A DNA stretch of 32,000 nucleotides from Candidatus Electronema halotolerans (GTDB lineage: Bacteria > Desulfobacterota > Desulfobulbia > Desulfobulbales > Desulfobulbaceae), in contig OW818675.1 of the NCBI GenBank assembly GCA_942493095.1, forward strand, positions 930,001-962,000. The letters run 5' to 3'. Below the pieces are notes generated by a model. The model was not told the origin of the DNA. It did no database searches and worked only from the letters and a program-made list of their open reading frames with translations. Of the stretch, positions 31,060 through 32,000 are shown piece by piece. The position numbers and the translations under genes were made by a program. Numbering within the stretch: the stretch's first letter is position 1; each line of letters begins with the position of its first letter.

Positions 31060-31677
31060 ATGAGCTGGCAGCACGAAATACGCCACATCCGGCTTCCCCA
31101 AGCAGTCTGGCAGGACATTGTCGCCCATTGCCAAAGAAAGCTGGCCGGTGAGTTCTTGCCCGGTGAAACCCAAGTCAAGCGGGCCTTCGGCATTCTTGTC
31201 GGAGTGAGAAACGGCGACGAGCTGCAGGTGCGGCAGGTCTTGACCATAAAAAAAAACGCCCGCAATGTGGAGCCGATCAAGAGCTTCATGGACAAGCTCA
31301 TGGAGCAGTATGCCATTCCCTCAACCACGCCACTGAATCAGCGCGGCTGGGTCACTGATCCGCAGGAGTTCAAGGAGTGCATGGACTTCTGCAAGCGCGA
31401 GGGCCTGATCATGTTCGGGGCCTATCACATTCATGTGGTGCCGTGGCCCGGCGACCCGCTCCGCGACACCCCGACCGGCTTGGACACCGTGCTGGTCCGA
31501 GGCAGCAAGCTCTTTTCCTTCATCATCTCCATGGTCGATCCTGAGCAGCCCATCATCCGGGCCTTTTATGAAGGCCAGATTGACGCGGAGACCCCCATCC
31601 TGTTCGAGCAGGACGAAGAATCATCTGAACCGCAGAGCATTTCATGGCCGCAGGCGCAGCGACTCAACCTGAACTGA
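31060..31677 (+). CDS. Hypothetical protein with a divergent MPN/JAB (JAMM-like) motif
   Basis: PGETQVKRAFGILVG resembles the E-x-x-G-x-L-x-G region. AYHIHVVPWPGDPLRDTPTGLD resembles HxH...(S/T)xxD, but with a 13-residue spacer instead of 7. I use ATG 31060 rather than the track TTG 31030. Confidence 0.4.
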   Translation: MSWQHEIRHIRLPQAVWQDIVAHCQRKLAGEFLPGETQVKRAFGILVGVRNGDELQVRQVLTIKKNARNVEPIKSFMDKLMEQYAIPSTTPLNQRGWVTDPQEFKECMDFCKREGLIMFGAYHIHVVPWPGDPLRDTPTGLDTVLVRGSKLFSFIISMVDPEQPIIRAFYEGQIDAETPILFEQDEESSEPQSISWPQAQRLNLN

Positions 31678-32000
31678 TTGTTGAATACACCGATCCTTTG
31701 GAAGGCTTCAAGGGCTGGTTGGTCATTGATTCACTCACGCACCGGCTGGCCGCTGGCGGGATGCGGGTGCAGAAAGGTCTGACCTGTGAAGTGGTGCGCC
31801 AGTTAGCCGCAACCATGACCTTGAAGATGCGCATTGCTGGCATCCGGGCGGACGGTGCCAAGTGCGGCATTGACTATGACCCGCGCAGTCCGGGCAAGCA
31901 GGAGGCCCTGTTCCGCTTCATCCGGGCGATCAAGCCGTATCTGCTCGAACGCTATTCAATGGGGCCGGACCTCAACACCACCATGCCGGAGCTGGACGCG
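31644..32000 (+). CDS. Glu/Leu/Phe/Val dehydrogenase family protein, N-terminal 119 codons (continues past the window end)
   Basis: Not in the track because it has no stop in the window. Hand translation gives MAAGAATQPELIVEYTDPLEGFKGWLVIDSLTHRLAAGGMRVQKGLTCEVVRQLAATMTLKMRIAGIRADGAKCGIDYDP... The GGxR and GGAKxGI-type dimerisation and catalytic motifs are present. It overlaps the upstream gene by 34 nt. Confidence 0.7.
   Translation, partial: MAAGAATQPELIVEYTDPLEGFKGWLVIDSLTHRLAAGGMRVQKGLTCEVVRQLAATMTLKMRIAGIRADGAKCGIDYDPRSPGKQEALFRFIRAIKPYLLERYSMGPDLNTTMPELDA

Noticed and set aside
1-32000. tRNA, rRNA, tmRNA, transposase, integrase or prophage structural genes
   Set aside because: No T-loop-like GGTTCGAATCC-type motifs or rRNA-like stretches were noticed, and no ORF resembles a recombinase. 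Small RNAs cannot be excluded without covariance-model scans.

Overview
This is a 32-kb chromosomal window from a Gram-negative bacterium, judged by the lipid A/LPS genes lpxK, lpxC and gmhA. GC is roughly 55-60% by eye, and I cannot assign taxonomy from sequence alone. Most of it is tightly packed housekeeping DNA. On the minus strand: a GT-C-type membrane glycosyltransferase (open-ended ORF missing from the supplied track), mutS, thiE-thiC, a class B acid phosphatase, a DUF985 cupin, gmhA, an orphan LivK-like binding protein, fbp and pepA. On the plus strand: lpxK, lpxC, a CNNM/CBS protein, a deoxyhypusine-synthase-like protein, a zinc-finger protein, an anion permease and then a long co-directional cluster. 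That cluster runs: OpuAC-like lipoprotein, TPR protein, PhnD-like binding protein, NosD-like beta-helix protein, TM-TPR protein, yedE, [islet], DUF3343-fusion protein, YjeF_C-like kinase-fold protein, hicB plus a truncated hicA, dgkA, an MPN/JAB-like protein, and a Glu/Leu/Phe/Val dehydrogenase that runs off the window end and is also missing from the track. Three regions are not ordinary. (1) A ~1.7-kb AT-rich islet (about 27154-28863) sits between yedE and its expected DUF3343 partner. It carries csp, a 21-bp perfect inverted repeat, a diverged and frameshifted duplicate of the yedE 3' end, and a ~30% GC T5orf172/GIY-YIG-like gene with two zinc ribbons. That gene is in frame with the yedE remnant. 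(2) The mutS-upstream intergenic region holds seven phased 23-nt units (5038-5198) forming 69-nt modules with 11-12 bp hairpins. (3) An orphan two-TM protein gene is bracketed by a 40-nt direct repeat, a 23-nt inverted repeat and three back-to-back hairpins. I also propose that the periplasmic proteins, YedE, DUF3343 protein and kinase-fold protein form a candidate sulfur/selenium relay. No tRNA, rRNA, CRISPR array, transposase or integrase was found. All alignments and folds were done by hand, and family assignments rest on remembered motifs, not searches.
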